From Octopus sinensis (lineage: Eukaryota): 19,628 nucleotides of DNA. Position 1 is the first letter of the stretch. Every line of letters begins with the position of its first letter. Made by a program: the position numbers and the translations under genes. Location of the stretch: contig NW_021824224.1 of assembly GCF_006345805.1 (NCBI RefSeq), positions 1 to 19,628 on the forward strand. Direction: 5' to 3'. The notes below the pieces were generated by a model, which worked only from the letters and a program-made list of their open reading frames with translations, had not been told where the DNA came from and did no database searches. Shown piece by piece: positions 16,971 through 19,628 of this stretch.

Positions 16971-18149
16971 CCAATAATTGAAACCAGCAAAGAAATAAAG
17001 AATAGATGTCAGTTTGAAATCGTTCCCCCCATTAACACACTCTGTCTTTCTCTAAGTTCTTGTCAACTAAATAACCTTTTAAAATCGTTTGAACAGAATA
17101 TTCCCTTAAGTGAATCAGTAATAAGTAAGCTACAAGATAAACTGTCAATACATCTCCCAAGTGTCAACAATTTCCGTTACATTGTTTCACGAAGTATTGC
17201 TACGATTTACAATTTTATTTTTTTTTTGAGTAGGTGATGATGATCCATTGATCCAATTAAAACAGTGATACTAACATATAAGCAACTGAAATCAATATGT
17301 TTAGTAAGTTTGTTAAATAATTTTGTCTATGAGTTTTCCTCGCCAGCATTTTCCATCATCGTAAAAAACTTTAATGAAATGTATTGATTATAACATTTAA
17401 GCTGTTATAATTGCCATCTATTCTTGAAATTACTCTCTAAGTTAAGGACCTATTGTCTGAATGGAAAGATGAAATTAGAAAGAAATAAGTTAAACAATTG
17501 TCTCTGCTTATTGCTAAGTCATGTGATAAACAGTATTTATTACTTTTTCTCATTAGGGTGTTTAAATAGTAAGGTCAGTCTCAACGCTAATTAACACGAA
17601 ATTGTACTAATAAGGAATAAGAAAAAATGAGATAATTAGCTTAACATGTCGTCCGCTTTAACATGACCACTTAGCCTTTTGATACATTTACTAAGGTCTA
17701 CTCCGTTGCAAACCTTCTGACCACACGAACGGTTCTTTCCCTTATCAAATATCTTCAACCTGTGAATGTTGTTGAGATAAAGCATCAGCTGCATCAATTA
17801 TTCCATCTTGAGAGAGTTTGTAAAGGTCATTTGTACCGTCCCTTGCTAATTTATAAACTAAAATATGCTGTTTAAAGAAGTGATGCAGCGAGTTTAAAAA
17901 GCCGTAAACTCTCGTTAAGTTACACCAATGGATCTCAACACGTAGACATGTAAACTATTAAAAAAATTGAATAATATGATAAACTAATTCAAAATATTAC
18001 CGGTCATCACCCGTCAACGACTATGGTTTAGTTACATGTACCATATTAGTTTAGGCACTATGCAATTGCGACCCGACATAGAAATCCTCTCGGCTCCTTG
18101 TCTCTTAACCCAGCTATACGTCCAGATTGTGACAACTGGAATTAAAGAG

Positions 18150-18315
18150 AGCTGCACTATTTCTAGGCTCATACTCAACTACGGTGGAGTAGACTGGAGC
18201 AACATGAAATGAAATTCCTTGTTCAAGGACACAACCTATTACCCGCTCCAGGAATTGAACCTACGACCTTATGATCACTCACTAATCGAACACTCAAATT
18301 ATGAGACCGCGTGCT
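18150..18315 (-). mobile_element. Old SINE head/body related to family B
   Basis: Minus strand GGTCGTAGGTTCAATTCCTGG..GTTGTGTCCTTGAACAAGG..CATGTTGCTCCAGTCTACTC aligns with 6145-6235. Confidence 0.7.
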
Positions 18316-18669
18316 TTTCTAAAGCGATTCAAAGAGAAATTTGAGAAATTTGAACAATTTTAGAGACGGAAGAGTTAATATTTAACAAGGTGTTGTCTTT
18401 TAGCTGAAAAAGCGATATGCATAGCTATGTCTGAGATGGAAAGGTGTAATGCCTAAACCCGATGTGGACCACAGGTATTAGAAGGGAAGAAAAAAGGGTC
18501 GTGTGGATGTTAGTTTACTATTATTGTTGACTCTATTTACTGAAAGTGTAGATATCGTACTTAATAACGAATAAGTCCACTCTCAACGGTTTTTTTTTTC
18601 TTACACAAAAAAAAGGAGCTCATATAAGATAATACAGTCTTTGATGTAGGAAAAAAAAAAAGACGAAAA

Positions 18670-18790
18670 GTCATGGCCGAACACTTTTGATCATAGATTG
18701 ACTGGATCAGAGCTGACCTGGGGCTAAACAACAACAACGACGGCGATGATGACAGCAAGAACGACTACTACTACTACGGCAACAAAATAA
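18670..18790 (+). mobile_element. 3' tail of a retroposon ending in (AAC)n-like repeats
   Basis: GATCATAG..GCTGACCTGGGGCTAAACAACAACAAC followed by decayed trinucleotide repeats; the family is recognised from recall only. Confidence 0.4.
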
Positions 18791-18944
18791 ACAACAAAAA
18801 CAACAGCAAAAAGTTTGAATGTTAATCTCACAAAGCATAAGATTAACCTTCATCTAATTCAGTGAGAAGATTGTCTAAGCGTTTGTTATTGTTTTTTCTT
18901 TCTCCACTAGATTTAGTGTTGGCGGTGCTGGAAGTAGCATTAAT

Positions 18945-18990
18945 AGATAGATAGATAGATTGATAGATAGACTGATTGATAGATAGACAG
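18945..18990. repeat. (GATA)n microsatellite
   Basis: Read directly. Confidence 0.9.
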
Positions 18991-19199
18991 TTGTTGTTGG
19001 CCAGGTTCATTTGTGATCCTAAGGAGAAATACTGCTGTATAAGCAGACATGTGTGATTACAAGCTTTAATTGAGAAAAGGGATAAAAAAAAGGCAGTTGT
19101 GAGAGAAGACATTGGAGTGTGGAGAAACAAGGCGGCAGTTACTATGAAGCTTAATCTGGTAAGTAAAGGAGAGATAGTGATTTTATTTTAGAGAGTTAG

Positions 19200-19232
19200 A
19201 GATTGAGAGAGAGAAAGAGAGAAGGGTGGGAG

Positions 19233-19272
<40 letters not shown>

Positions 19273-19440
19273 TGTATGTGTGGAGGGGAAAGAGAAAAGG
19301 AAAACTGAAAATGCAGTGGGACAAAGTGTGAGATAGCAAGAGTGAGTGAAACGCATAAAACACACACGCATTTATTTACATGACCACACACACACACACA
19401 CACACACAGACACACAGACACACAGACACACACACACACA

Positions 19441-19484
<44 letters not shown>

Positions 19485-19485
19485 T
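19200..19485. repeat. (GA)n and (CA)n microsatellites
   Basis: Read directly. Confidence 0.9.
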
Positions 19486-19628
19486 TCTATCAATATTCAC
19501 ATATACATATAGAGAGAGACTGATAGGTAGATATTGGGTTGGTGCAAAATTATTGCGGTTTTTTCCAAGAAATTTTATTCAACAAAAACAATAACAACAT
19601 GTAACAAAAACATATTTAAATGATTATT

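Noticed and set aside
18400-18490. Possible RTE-LINE 3' fragment
   Set aside because: Only a vague resemblance from recall; too short and diverged to support.

Overview
Eukaryotic, AT-rich, microsatellite-saturated DNA with no recognisable intact host gene. I recall the SINE families and the repeat landscape as those of an octopus (coleoid cephalopod) genome; this rests on memory, not a database search. About 85% of the window (1-16.8 kb) is nested mobile DNA. It holds a decayed Tc1/mariner (maT-like) transposase (1356-2090, minus strand), a 1.3-kb 14/19-mer satellite, two or three families of tRNA-derived SINEs and two CR1/L2-type LINE RT remnants. It also holds a Penelope-like element (PLE) with RT and GIY-YIG endonuclease fragments and a twin-priming-type 5' inversion (11630-13440), two ~1-kb elements bounded by ~200-bp direct repeats, and four fold-back palindromes. 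The most striking signal is about ten minimal type I hammerhead ribozyme (HHR) motifs in short PLE-like repeats. One is near-canonical (13341-13415), two carry the compensatory U3-A8 core UUGAAAA (6568-6609, 7999-8037), and one carries an A6U core with otherwise perfect stems (16261-16298). Most long entries in the ORF track are microsatellite artefacts. All folds and alignments were done by eye.
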